A stretch of DNA of 63,470 nt, counting the filler, from Intoshia linei (lineage: Eukaryota; Animalia; Orthonectida), in NCBI GenBank assembly GCA_001642005.1. It is 8 parts of 8 records of this genome, joined end to end, with 100 filler letters (N's around TTAATTAATTAA, not from the genome) between each part and the next. Parts side by side here need not be neighbours in the genome. Positions count along the whole stretch, not along the records: positions 1 to 18,318 come from LWCA01000780.1; positions 18,419 to 31,207 come from LWCA01001055.1; 6 more parts are not named here. One strand, written 5' to 3'. Shown piece after piece: positions 12,614 through 25,500 of this stretch. The number at the start of each line of letters is the position of its first letter. Positions within the stretch are counted from its first letter, which is position 1. Made by a program: the position numbers and the translations under genes. The notes under the pieces were generated by a model. The model was not told the DNA's origin, made no database searches, and saw only the letters and a program-made list of their open reading frames with translations.

Positions 12614-15390
12614 ATGTCAAATGATATTGTAAAGTATCTTAACGCAAAACGTTCAGAAGTAGAAATGGAAATCAAACAAGATGAATACATGCGGGAAATG
12701 TAAAAAAATTATTTATATAAAATTGTTATTGATAATAATGAATAATATTGGAATGTTATCAGGAATCATGAAAAGTATGTGAAATCTCCAGACAGATATA
12801 TAAGAAGACGTAGTAGATCTCCAGTGCGGAATAGACGTGACGATTCTGTTGGTCGCGACAGACATAGAAAAAAAGATACCGATCGACGGGAAGACTCTAG
12901 CCGCAGAAGACGCCATAAAGATCCATCTAGGGAGCGAAGTAGCAGACACCACCATTCGCATAAAAGCGAAAGCTACAGAGTATGTTATATTATAGTCATT
13001 TTGAGATGGAAAGAGAGCCTACCACAATTTGCATAACTCATTTTAATTCTTTTCTAAATATAGAACTCTGATTCTTACGACTATTCTGCTAAAATTGTCA
13101 TGTCTAATCTCGAGTTAGACGATGATGAATACATGGTATAACTGATGATACCTCAGACATTTAAATATTAAAAATTACATCATCTAGATACGAGCTGCCA
13201 TGAATCCAAAATATGAAGAGTGTATATATGATATAGGGATTGTGCGAGATCCGATTTCAGGTACAAATTTAGATTCCGAATCAAATACATCTAACCAAAC
13301 AGGTGAAAGTAAAGGAATTGCCCACATTGAATTTAAGGAGGTGGAGGATGCTGTCCGCTGGATGAAATCTATCAAGGTACATTGTTTATTTATTGTTAAT
13401 ATGGTTATTTAGCACAACTTTAAAATTGAGTCGGGACGGCGAGTTCCGTGTTCTTATGTTTCTAGTTTTAAAAAGAGAAACACCAATTCTGCAAAATTTG
13501 AATGGACTTGTTCACGAGTAACCTAGTTTTTTAAAAACGTTTCATTTTTGTTTAGTGTGGAATTTTGAATTACGCAAAAGACGATTCTTGTTATATATGC
13601 CACTTTGTCAGAAATACCCTTGTTACTATAGAAATCACTAAAGAAGGATTGGAGGAAGTAGGGACAAGTGCCTGTTCTAGTAATATTTATTTTATTTAAT
13701 TTAACGATGTCTAGCTTTGATATTTCGAGGTCTGGATGATTATTCTTCAGAAAGCGATTTACTCCAAGCAATAAAATTGATTATATCATCTCCTCAACAC
13801 GTCAGGTGTAGGGTTATTAGAGATGCTGACAACAAATCACTCAGATTCGCTATAGTTGAATACTCTACAATATCAGACAGTTCCCAAATTTTAAGAGCAA
13901 TTTTGAATCTCCAATTTCAATTCAGTGTGTCTGGAAAAGCAGTCGTGGTTAGTTACTGCAACAATACATATTCATCAATGTATATAAAATGTGATTATTT
14001 TAATCTATTTTTAGGTTAAAAAAATATAAACAACCAGAGGTAGTAACCGTTATTTTTGTTGATTAATTTTTTTAGCCAATTGAAAAAAAATTCACATACG
14101 AACTTCCCCACCCATCACAAGAAAATATTAAAAAGGGAGCATTCAAGCGATATCGTAACATTTAATTAATTTTTATAATTATAATTTTAAGCATTTCCAA
14201 ACGTAAAAATGTATCAATATGAACCTGTCTCAGGGTTTTTCTATGACACACTAACTGGTCTTTATTATGATTCCAAAAGTCAGGTACAATTAATTTTATG
14301 TTATTTTAAAATTTTATATATAAATAGTATTACTACAATTCTGCGTCTAAAGATTATTTGTATTGGGACCCAAATCTAATGACCTATATACCACAAGTTT
14401 ATGCTGAAGAATTGAAAAAAGCCGAAAATGAGAAAGTGAAAAAATCAATTACTGAAGCTATGAATGTTTCAATGGTTGTTTTTTAATGTTTATTTTTTAT
14501 TCATTTATTAGCAAATGGAAGAGTATGCTAAAGAAGTAAATTCTCAAAAATTAAAAGATAAAAAAGAAGGATTACCAGAAAACGAACCTTCAGTAGGCGT
14601 TGAAGTTACTAATGAAACTAGAGATAATGTGAAAGAAGAAGAAAAGCCAGAAATAGAAATAACTAACTGGGAAAAGTCAATATGTATATTATGTCAGCGA
14701 CAGTTTGAATCTGAAGAAAAATTAACAAAACACAATAAAAAATCAAAACTACATAAAGAAAATTTAGAAAAACATGGAATTACCCCAGACCAAGAAAATT
14801 CATTGCAAGATTTTAAAGTTATCCATCTATCATTTATTTTATAAGTCCTTTTTAGTTCGAATATAGAGACAGAGCTAAAGAACGGCGTGAAAAATTCTTA
14901 GTTACCGACAAGGTGGCTAAACAAGTTCAAAAAAAATGGCAAAATACGCTTAATGCTCCGACAGCACCTCAATTGCAATCTGAAAACATTTACCGCCAAA
15001 GCAAAATGTACACTTTTAATCAATATTTTATAATTAAATTTAGAATTACTATTCCAATGGAACCCTTACCTGTAAAAAATAACGAAGAAGCTTATATTAT
15101 TCCCCCCGAGCCACTTCCAGAAAGTATTGGTTCAAAGTTATTACAAAAAATGGGTTGGAAAGAAGGATGTGGCCTAGGAAAAGAAGAACAAGGCATTGTA
15201 GAGCCAATCCAAGTAAACATTGTCACTATTTTCTATATAAATTATATAGGCAACCGGAAAAGCTCGAATGAGTGCAGGTCTCGGATGTGAAGAGATTTAT
15301 GTAAATGATCCTCAAGCCAATTACCACCAAAATGGAAAAAATATTACAATTAAAAGATTCCAAAATTGTCAATCACCACCAAACCAATAA
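12614..15390 (+). CDS. RBM5: RBM5/RBM10-family splicing regulator (RS-rich, RRM, RanBP2 ZnF, RRM, OCRE, C2H2, G-patch)
   Basis: SKGIAHIEF (RRM1), [20 protein letters not shown] (RanBP2 ZnF), LIFRGL...RFAIVEY (RRM2), [28 protein letters not shown] (OCRE), [11 protein letters not shown]...[48 protein letters not shown] (G-patch). The start ATG is tentative. Confidence 0.92.
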
Positions 15391-15399
15391 ATATGTTAA

Positions 15400-17839
15400 T
15401 TATTTATTTTTTTCATCATATTTTGCCAATGCTTCAAGACGTTCGAGTAAAGTAGGATGATTAAAATTGCAACATGAATAAAGCCAATCGTTGTAGGGAT
15501 TTGACAAGTTATTGACATGTAGTTTTATCAAAGCACTTTGTAAATTTTTTGAGTAATTCAGCTTTGATGAAAATTCATCTGCACTATATTCCATCTTTCT
15601 TGAAAATTTCAGTAGAACTATTTGTAACATCTAAAATTTGTAAAAATATTGAAACATTAATGAAATATTACTTGATTAAACGCAGACATTATCATAAAAA
15701 CAATGCTAAATCCTATAACTGTCGGTTGAGTTTTAAATCCGAACGATATATACATTTTTGATTGATTCTGGAAGTATGCAAACACGACAAAAGTAAAAAG
15801 CATGTGGATCTAAATTGAATATATTTTCATATTTTAATCAAAGTTAAACTAATAAAGTATTATACCAAAAAACTACGGTGCATGACAATTTAAGCAAATT
15901 TACCTCAACCTTTTACATGTGGGCCACATGATGTGGCGCATTTTAAACATTACGCCCCACAAACTGCAAATATTATGTTCTATCTGGGGTGCTTACTTTT
16001 CACAAGATTTTACAGGTAAAAGAATACTTACCATTTGAACACAACCTATGTTATTTTTGAAAGAATAGTATCAAGGTTTGAACTGAATGTTGTCGGAAAT
16101 TTGAAGAAAAAATTTAGATTTTCACCGGTTGGGAAGCACTAACAAAGTCCAGATATTTCAAAAATAATATAATTTTGATCCGTTAGTATTGGCGAAGCTA
16201 CCATACCCGAAAATCAAAAATCGGCCCCTGATTATTTTTTTCACAAAAAATTTCGGGTAGGTTAGACTCTGTCCACCAATGACAATCCCATTAATTTGAA
16301 AACAATTACATTATTTTAGTTTAAGGTTTCTAGTAATTTTCAACTAATAATAATAATTTAAGCATCTACTTTTATAAAGGATTAAAAACCCAAATTGTCC
16401 TTTTGTTAAAAAATAACATCAGCCCAATATTAAATTATACTTATATAAAACATAAATTCAAAGATGCGTTTTAAAATAATTAAAATTATCGTAAATCTCA
16501 ACCTCAGAAACGCACACCTTCATGCTCAAAACCACAAATTACCCTTTTTTTAAAAATAAAACATCTTCTAAAATTTTTAGATTTTTTTTAAAATCATAAT
16601 CATTATAATAAATGGCAACCTTAAAAAAGTGCATTTTCACGATCAAAACCACAGATTACCTTTTTTTTAAATAAGGCCTTTAACCCTTTCACTGTCTGTG
16701 TATTCCCTACTATACACAGCAATTTCACTTCATACGTCTGTGTATTCTATGATATACACAGCATGATTTTGAAAAACTTTATTCTTTTATTTTCATACAT
16801 TTTCACATAAGTAATTTAAAAATAATACAAGTTTAAATTAAAATATAAATTCCAGACGTGTGGTGATAGTAAATAAAATTGCATCAGACAGTGAAAGGGT
16901 TAACACTTTAAAAACCAAGTACAGTGTATTAGAATTAGTATTAAAGAAATAAACTACCTGTCCAATGACAAAGTTGCATAAAGTATGAGAATAAAACCAA
17001 TGTCCCAATTCATGAGCTAAAATGGCGCAAATTTCATCGTTTGTGCAACCCTAAAAATAAATGTATTAATTCAAAGCAAACTATTCACACTTGTAATAAA
17101 ATTAATACAAAAAGGTTAAATACTTACTGCCTGTCCTTCATTTTCTTTCACATTTTCATCAAATTCGATCTTATCATCGACATTAGTTTTATTTTTAAAG
17201 AGGGTATCAAAAAGTACAATACATTTATTTTTATAAAATCCATACATGTAAGCATTACTATGGTGGGATCTGCGAGAATCTAAAAAGATGAAAAAAATTA
17301 AAATAGAAAATACTCTCTACAACAAGTAATTTTTTCAGTGGATAATTAATACTGACAGCTAAATTTTCAATTTTTTGTTTTAAAACACCTTCTTTAAGTG
17401 GACGATAAACATCAAACAATGGAAGTATATAATCTGGAACGATTGTCATCAAAACCTAGAAAAAATGAAATATCGTATCAATTAAAAATTACAATTGATA
17501 CAAGGATAACAAAGAACCAAGCATAAATATAAAACATTTTCCCGGTCGTAAGTACAATGTAAATAAAAACCTAAATATTGAGTAAAATCAATAAATATAT
17601 CAATTACAGTCAGGATGGGCATCATTAGAGCGATCATGATAAAAAATTTTTTAAATTGATCGTACAAGAAAAATTTTAAAGTCTAAAAACAATAAAATTT
17701 TTAAATTTTAAAATTAAAAAACCTGCTGATTGAATCCGTATTTTTCCTCTATAACAAAAGTTTGATAAATGGACCAAGGCAAATTTGATATTTTTGACGA
17801 AATTGACTCCACAGTCACAAATACACAAGTAACCAAAAT
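15400..17839 (-). CDS. ZMPSTE24: CAAX prenyl protease 1 (Ste24/ZMPSTE24, peptidase M48), 5' exons missing at gap
   Basis: LPWSIYQTFVIEEKYGFNQQ, PDYILPLFD, SNAYMYGFYKNKCIVLFDTL, AILAHELGHW (HExxH), SRKMEYSADEF, LIKLHVNNLS, HPTLLERL. Confidence 0.95.
16684..16899. mobile_element. piggyBac-type MITE
   Basis: TTAA on both sides; perfect 15-bp TIRs ccctttcactgtctg / cagacagtgaaaggg; subterminal ctgtgtat..atacacag palindromes. Confidence 0.85.
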
Positions 17840-18085
17840 CTTAATAATAGATTTTGAAAAAACGACACATCTACATCAGACGTGGGTAAGCATTTACCGT
17901 TCGAAGGCTTAAATTTGGCACTAACGTCCCAAAAACATTTAATAAGGCCTCACCTTTTTAAATAAAATTTCAACAAAATATGCTTAATTGATTATTTTAT
18001 TAGGGGGTGAATAATAAATTTTTAGCATATTTTATTCAATTCAGTAAATCTTATGAGAAAAAAACCTAATTTTACCAAACCTTAA

Positions 18086-18318
18086 CCCTTCAGTGCTCGC
18101 GCAGTGTCCATTTTATGGACGATTTTATTCAATGAAATTTAGTTACTCTATTCAACAGGATTATAATGAATTATCAACTGAATTTTCTAATTAATTTTAT
18201 GGACAATTTATTTCAAGATGATGTAGATGATGATTTTAACGAATTTAATGGTATAGAATCAGATGAGGAATATATTAGTGAACATATGACTGAAACTGAC
18301 GAATCTATCTCATACAAA
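18086..18318 (+). mobile_element. Left end of a piggyBac-like element with an acidic ORF start, running into the gap
   Basis: ttaa|cccttcagtgc end, followed by MDNLFQDDVDDDFNEFNGIESDEEY, the acidic N-terminus typical of piggyBac transposases; inserted in a cagaggtgg-family MITE. Confidence 0.5.
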
Positions 18319-18418
18319 NNNNNNNNNNNNNNNNNNNNNNNNNNNNNNNNNNNNNNNNNNNNTTAATTAATTAANNNNNNNNNNNNNNNNNNNNNNNNNN
18401 NNNNNNNNNNNNNNNNNN
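18319..18418. other. Artificial scaffold gap linker (also at 31208, 43611, 50648, 57440, 59194, 60718)
   Basis: Identical 100-nt N-ttaattaattaa-N spacer with stops in all six frames. Confidence 0.95.
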
Positions 18419-18813
18419 ACGCTTTTATTTGCCTTATTCTCCCAATGTGAACATATGGAATGTGAAATAACTACATTAACTAACGTGTTAACACTATGCG
18501 TGTGATAACATTTGAAATTTGTTAGCATTCTATATTTTCCAACTACTGCTTTTTCTTTTTTTTGATATTTCGTTGAGTGGACTTTTAAACCATGAATATT
18601 ATAGAAGCTTAAAAGAGTTTGAATCGTTTTTTTAGTGCATCATCTTCTCAACGGCGTTAAACTTGTATGATCCAGTATATATTCTGCATACTAATATTAA
18701 CTGGGTGAACATATTTATCCATATATCACATTATTAATGATGTGATAAATTATTATAAATGTAAAACATGAATATTAAGGATTCCAATCTAATAATCTAA
18801 AATAAATTTTTAG

Positions 18814-21161
18814 TATCTAATGATGCCAAATATTCCGAAGCAGGAGTCCAAGAAACAGTTCAAATCCAAGGACAACCCAATACTCCTTTAATCTATACAT
18901 CAAATAACGATCCGTAATTGAATTTTCAATTTTGATTTTTTTTAATATTAATTGTAGAATACAATATCAAGATGAATCTGTGTATACGACAGTTTCGAGA
19001 AATAATTCAAATTACTATTCAAACAACGAAATTTCCATGAACGACCAACAAATCCATATGAACCAAAATATGTCACAGCATGTCCCTGGAACCTATGTGG
19101 CTCACAGGAATACCATGCAATCGGGATCTCATAATATTAACCACACAAACAGAACTGCACCAATAACGGTTTGTAATTTATTGTACGTTGTTTATTTCAA
19201 TTTAGGTGAGATGGCTTATTGAAAATTACGAAACTGCAGACGGTGTAAGTTTACCTAGAAGCACGTTGTACAATCACTATCTACATCATTGTCAAGATGG
19301 TGACATGGAACCCATGAACCCAGCTTCTTTTGGAAAGCTGATTAGATCTGTTTTTCTTGGACTGAGAACTAGAAGACTTGGAACTCGGTAATTGATTTTG
19401 TGAATAATCTGATTAACGACATACATTATGTATGCTAGATATGTATTTGAACAATGTAAATTGTGTATCTAATGAAATATTGTAGTGGAAATTCAAAGTA
19501 TCATTACTATGGATTGAGAATTAAACAAGATTCTCCGTTAAACCAATTTACAGAAGAAAATGTTGTGTCTTTGCGAAGCAGCGGAATGAGAAGGTTTAAT
19601 TATTAATTTTAAATGTGTAAAACTTTGTTTATATTTATATTTTAGTCATGGAGGTACAGCTGTAATGAGTAACACGCAACAACAACAATATCTTGGGGAA
19701 GTGAGTGTCGTTTTACCAAACATTGAAACTGAAGATTTTTCAAATCACCATTGTCAAGATTTGTCGGAAGATCATTTAAACACATTTGAAACCATTTACA
19801 AAGAACATTGTGAAGCTATTTTGGATGCAATCACAAATTTGCAATTTAACATGGTTGAAACCTTATGGGCTTCATTTTGGAAACCTTCGGAAAGTATAAA
19901 TGAATCAATAACCAATTTACTTGATTTGCCTACCATGAAAAAATTATGCGAACAACCAGTAGTACAAAAGTTTGTTTTACAGTGTGATTTTGCATTTTAC
20001 CAAAGTTTGGTTCAAGTGTTGATGCCAAATGTGTTGCGACTAATACCGGGAGCGCTGACTCAATCAATACGAAATTTTGCTAAAGGTTTGGAAGGAATTT
20101 TGAAAAACATTATCGAAGGATATGACATAGTTTTAATTCAGAACAAAGTGAGTGCTGTGGTAGCCTTTTCTCAAACATTAAGAAGATACACTTCATTAAA
20201 TCATCTCGCTCAAGCAGCTCGAGCAGTTATACAAAATCATACTCAAATTAATCAAATGTTGTCTGATTTGAATAAATTGGATTTTGCAAATATTCAAGAA
20301 CAAGCTGTGTGGATCTGTCAATGCGACGATGAAACTGTATTTGGAATTGAAAATCAAATGAAACTTTTGTTGCGACAACATCGAAATTTGGAACAATGGG
20401 CGAATTGGCTCTCTGGAATAGTCGGTGCTGCTCTTCAACCATATACCGAATCTACTTGTTTGAAACGCTTTGCTAGAAAATTTTTGAAAAAGTGGTCTTT
20501 CTACAGTTCGTTGGTAATTCGAGATTTAACTTTGCGAAGCGCTGCTAGTTTTGGGTCATTCCATCTGATCAGATTGTTGTTTGATGAATACATTTACTAT
20601 TTGGTTGAACACCATGTGGCTCTCGTAACAAATGAACATGTGATATCATTGACTATGGCAAATAATGAAGATAACCGAATTGATACTGTAAAGGTGAATT
20701 TACCACCACTGATTAACCAGTCTGTTAAAATTGAAAGCAGCATGATTGTGCCAAATCAGTCTATTGCAACCAGTCAAATCAATGTTATTCAGAATGATTC
20801 CATGATTTCTATAAATAAGGAATATAAAGTTTCTGAAGACGTTAAGCACAACGCGATTATTGATAATGTAAACAACTCAAATATTCAAAAAACTCCCATA
20901 AAAATTGTTAAACTCAATAATACTAACGGTGATTCTCCGTATGTACTCTCTGGAGGTCGCAGCAAAATTGCGTCTGCATTCGCAAAACCGAATAGCCAAC
21001 ATTTAACGGAAGTTAACGTTCCCTCTGGAAATCATACCAATGGTCAATCTGCCATTAACGGAATTTCTCTTGAAGACGAAAATGGTGTTTCAGTAGCTAA
21101 ACAGATGCGAAGCGATGAGTCAAATGAACCTGCCAAAGCGTCTGAAAACTCTGGAATTTAA
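18814..21161 (+). CDS. RFX: RFX1/2/3-class winged-helix transcription factor (daf-19-like), 5' exon(s) not located
   Basis: [29 protein letters not shown]...[37 protein letters not shown]; [61 protein letters not shown]. Confidence 0.97.
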
Positions 21162-21262
21162 TGTAAATTATTGTAAGAGATTATTTAATATTTTACTTAG
21201 TTTTAATGAAATTTTTGTATAAATATTTTAATTTATGTATGAATAAATATTGTTTGATTATT

Positions 21263-21660
21263 TTATTTTCGATCTTCAACCATTATGATGTGATATCCAA
21301 ATTTTGTTTTTACTAGGTCGCTAGTGGTTGGAGAATTTACATTGCTAGTTGGGAGATCAAATGCTATACTAGCAAATTCGCCTACCAGTTCATTCCGTGC
21401 TTTCCAACCAAGATCACCCTAAAGACAATAACATTACAATTAAAAAAGTAAACCCCTCGCCTAGCTTTATCTTCGCTAAACTCTCTTGCAACACTATCAA
21501 AGCTTTTTCCATTCTTCAACGCTTGTTCTGCTTTCAAAGCCTTAAACTGTTTCTCGCACAGGATATGACGAACCTACATTATGTAAACAAATTTAAATAT
21601 TTAATTTCAATCAACTTTAATTTTTGTAGCCTTTTTTAAAGTTTCGATTTTCTTGGTCAT
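21263..21660 (-). CDS. PIN4: Parvulin Par14/PIN4 peptidyl-prolyl isomerase (3 exons; missed by ORF track)
   Basis: [15 protein letters not shown]|[40 protein letters not shown]|[23 protein letters not shown]...[16 protein letters not shown]. Confidence 0.95.
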
Positions 21661-21698
21661 AATGTGTTTCTATAACTAACGAATAAAGTTTCTAAATA

Positions 21699-21870
21699 AT
21701 GAAAATGACTGAAAAGCAATGATTGGGGTGCTGCATATGCTCAGTAGAAACTGGGTTCGAAAACAACCCTATAGTTTACTGCGACGGTGGTTATAAAGGT
21801 GAGTTAATTAATTGAGTTGTTAATTTAATATTCACACATTTTAGCCTGTTATAGTATCAATTTTGCGTGG
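21699..21870 (+). pseudogene. Decayed 5' remnant of AF10/AF17 (MLLT10/Alhambra) PHD finger
   Basis: MIG(frameshift)GCCICSVETGFENNPIVYCDG...|intron|ACYSI versus the AF10 pattern MxGGCCVCSDERGWAENPLVYCDG..C.VAVHQACYGI; frameshift or in-frame TGA, loss of the C..H ligands, no downstream continuation. Confidence 0.7.
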
Positions 21871-22518
21871 CTGGTAACGATTATCCTTGACGGATCAATT
21901 AAATTTAAATGTTAACAGCGGTATAGCCAGTGGTCGGGAACCTTTTGTATCTCGTGGGCTACTTTTTTATATCAAAAAATTACATGGCCTTGTTTTTGAT
22001 TTCATTTAATATAGTAATAAATAAACATTGATATATTTAAAATTATCTGTATAGGTTCATATATGAATTTCTAGCAATTCAAGTAAATAGGTAAAGGTAA
22101 ATATTAATGTATTTACATATAACTCAATACATTTAACATTTTTTTTAACAACGTTAACATGAAATTTGTAATCTTTTCTTTTCTGGTTATTTCGAATATT
22201 TCATCCAAATTTTTAACCAAAGACAGCCCTTCTGTTCGGTAATTAATAATATCCATCATTCTATATATTTTTACATTTTAGTCATCATAAAGGAATTCAA
22301 AATTTAGATACAGAATTAAGTATGTACAATTTTTTAGACTATCATAAACAAATGTAGCAATATTAAAGGATAACCATATTATGCAGTAGCTTGTCTGTTT
22401 TTGACTGCATACCAATGATATATAGATTTCATTGGGCGAATGTTTTTATATGGGCACTCCATTGTGACATTTTAAAAATTCTACAAAATTTAAATCTTGA
22501 AATTTATTATTGATTTTA

Positions 22519-25500
22519 TCAAAAACTCAGAAATCTATTGATATGTTCGGGGATGGCTGAAATGCTGGTACTAGTCGAATTTAGCTGGAACTGTTTAGTG
22601 ATTTGATTATATTATTAATTACCATTTTCGCACTCAGAGTCTCAGTTTCAGACATTTTTTGTTTAAATTTATTTTTTATGATGTCACAATTTCCACAGTT
22701 ACCTGAAAAAATGTATAACAAATTCATGTTTGTTTAAGTAATTATCGTCAATTTGAAGGTCACATTCCAAACTGCATAAGTAGTAGTCGAGTCTTAAAGT
22801 GTTAATAAGATAATTATTTAAAAATTTTAGAACACATAACATGTTTGTCATTTGAACGGTTTCTACTAGTGGTGAACCTACCGTACCCGATACCCCTTTT
22901 CGGTGGCCTAGACGAAATTTTTGTAAAACGGAGCATTAAAAAATTACATTCTTGAATATCATAACTATTTTGTATGATAAATTTAAAATGTCAAATCAAG
23001 GGTCTTAACGAGGTCGTTAGAGTCGATATATATTAGGTGTTCTTTTTTCATCGTTAAATTCAATTCTACCTCACTTAATTTTCTTTTTAGTGAAAATTGT
23101 TATCAGTGAAAAATGATAATTTTTATAAAATTATAAGAATTTTAAATATTGATAAAATAAAAAGTATTTCGTGTATAATTAGATTATTCATTCATTGTAT
23201 ATATATTAATTTTTTCTAATTACATTATAAAAACAATGCCAAAATCCATATGAACGGTCATAAAAGAGTTAGAATTTTAATTTGAAAAAAAATAATCATA
23301 TAAAGCGACTAACTATCAAAATGGAGAAATGTACAAACAAATTTTGTCTCGATAAATGTTTGTTCATACTTCAATTTTAATTTTATTCAAATTCACATTC
23401 AAATTATAAAATAAATTATTTGCATGTTAATTTTTTTAATTTCAGATGAAGTTATCAAAAAATATATAACAAAGGAAGTGAGAGTACAGATTATTCTCAA
23501 AAATTCACAATTTACGGAAACGAAAGACGCCATTTCAAATGATGCGGGTGACATTGTTAATTTTAATTTTTAAAACCATGATATAGTAAAAGTCAACGCA
23601 AGCCAAGTAACAAAACTTGATAATGGAAGCAAAAATAGCAAGGTATTTAAATTATTTGAGTGTACTCGTCGTTACTTTTATAAAAGTTTAATTTAATGCC
23701 AATTTAGATAATTTATAATTATTGTTGCAGTTTAATAAATTAATATTTAATTTAATATTAATTTTTAAGTTTGTATTAATAATACTAATGTTCAAACTGA
23801 CTAATATGTTCCATGAGTGATATTTTTGAAACGTGGATATGCAAATTTTAAATTTTTGATAAAGTAGTGTCTTTAATATATTTTCTACATATACAATTAC
23901 TTTTCACTATGGCCTCGGTAAAGATATATACCTAATTAGTATATATCTTTTTTGTATTTTTGTACACTGAAAATTAATATCGCTGATAAAAATTGTAATG
24001 GTGTGATAAAGAAAATATTACAACGTTGAACGTTTCATGATGTCTGAATATACGTATAATTAGTGTATTAGTTTGTCATTCATTTTATCATAATTTTCAA
24101 TATACAATGTGCATTTAGGTCATCACAACACTGAAACCGTCTGACCCATCCTTTAAATTTTTAAGATACTACAATTATCACGAGGATCATTTGCGTACAG
24201 ATAAAGATATAAAAGTAAAGTTTTTTATAAAGTTTAGTAAACTTTATGCCACGAAATTTCGAAAAATTTCTAAAAATATGCAATATGTGATTATATCAGC
24301 TATGGGTATTATGGCATTTATCATTTTTATGTTGTTTGTGAAATTAATCTTCGTTGTCAGCAAAAAGGTATGTTGTATAACTAACCACCTTACAAATGTA
24401 TTAGAAACAAAAAAAAACTTTTCCTTTGCTCATTAACGATAAAAATTATTGTGTCGAAGAAAAAGAGCTTAATCCCAAAGATGAATTCATTCATTCCGAA
24501 TAAATTTTAAAATAATTTTCTTCGCATTACATTGTATTGTATATGATTCATGAATTATTTATTATCCATTATATTACTAAATTTAACAGACTTTTCGGTC
24601 GATAAACTGGGTACGGAAACTGTGTAAGACAAAAATTCATTATATTCTTCGTTATCATTTTCGTAAATTGAAGTCTACAAATTCGATAATGTAAAATTAG
24701 AAATAATCCCTAATTACATCAAAAGCAATGGCAATTTTGTGTAGTTGTGCAGCTTCAGATATTGTTTTTTTTCTAATAAATGATTCTTGTTTTGTTTTTT
24801 GTAATCTAAAAATTATATTGAAATATTAATAAACGTAATAATAATTTTCAATTTTTAACTCGTACAATGTGGATGCCATAAACAGGAAATTTTGGAACCC
24901 TTTTAAGGTCTGGTGTAAAAATGTATATACACGTAATGTGAATTTATTTGGTATTTTGCAGCGTATGAACAATGGAATCAACACTTGTTATGTAATATCA
25001 TTATAGAAAAATTTACACATTTTGTAATTGCTTGTTTTTATTGGTCCAGCTATTATTCAAATCTTTAATATATTCTTTCAATCTACAATAAATGGTTTAT
25101 AATATCATTTAGTATAATTAATTAATTTATAAGTATTATCATTTAATATATTTATTAAGTCGATATAATCAATTCGACTTTGAAAAGGTCAATATTCATT
25201 TTTGTCTAAATACCTCCAATTTTCCCGAAATGGAACATTCGATTACTCTGCAATCGAAAAACATGATAATAAATATTTTTGTAGGCGTAATTCTTATTTA
25301 TTCATGTATTTGACAACATGTGTAAATAAGAGTTGCTGCAATCACGACAACTGTGAGTGGCGAGATAAAGGTTAAAATTTAAAAATCAAATGTACTACCT
25401 TTTAATTTCAAAATCTAATTTTTTATCTTGACAAACGTGTGGTTTTTCAACAGATTTTTTGGTATTTGGTCGATTTCTATTTTTTTCTAAGCTCTAAAAA

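Noticed and set aside
12713-12961. Antisense or alternate-frame ORFs (also 20196-20442, 51348-51614, 52014-52315)
   Set aside because: Shadows of the real RBM5, RFX, HSC70 and PABP-like exons.
18363-18374. Recurrent ttaattaattaa palindrome within N runs
   Set aside because: Artificial six-frame-stop scaffold linker.
22120-22460. Short minus-strand coding-looking stretches (MMDIINYRTEG..., MECPYKNIRP...)
   Set aside because: They could not be chained into a consistent gene or assigned to a family.
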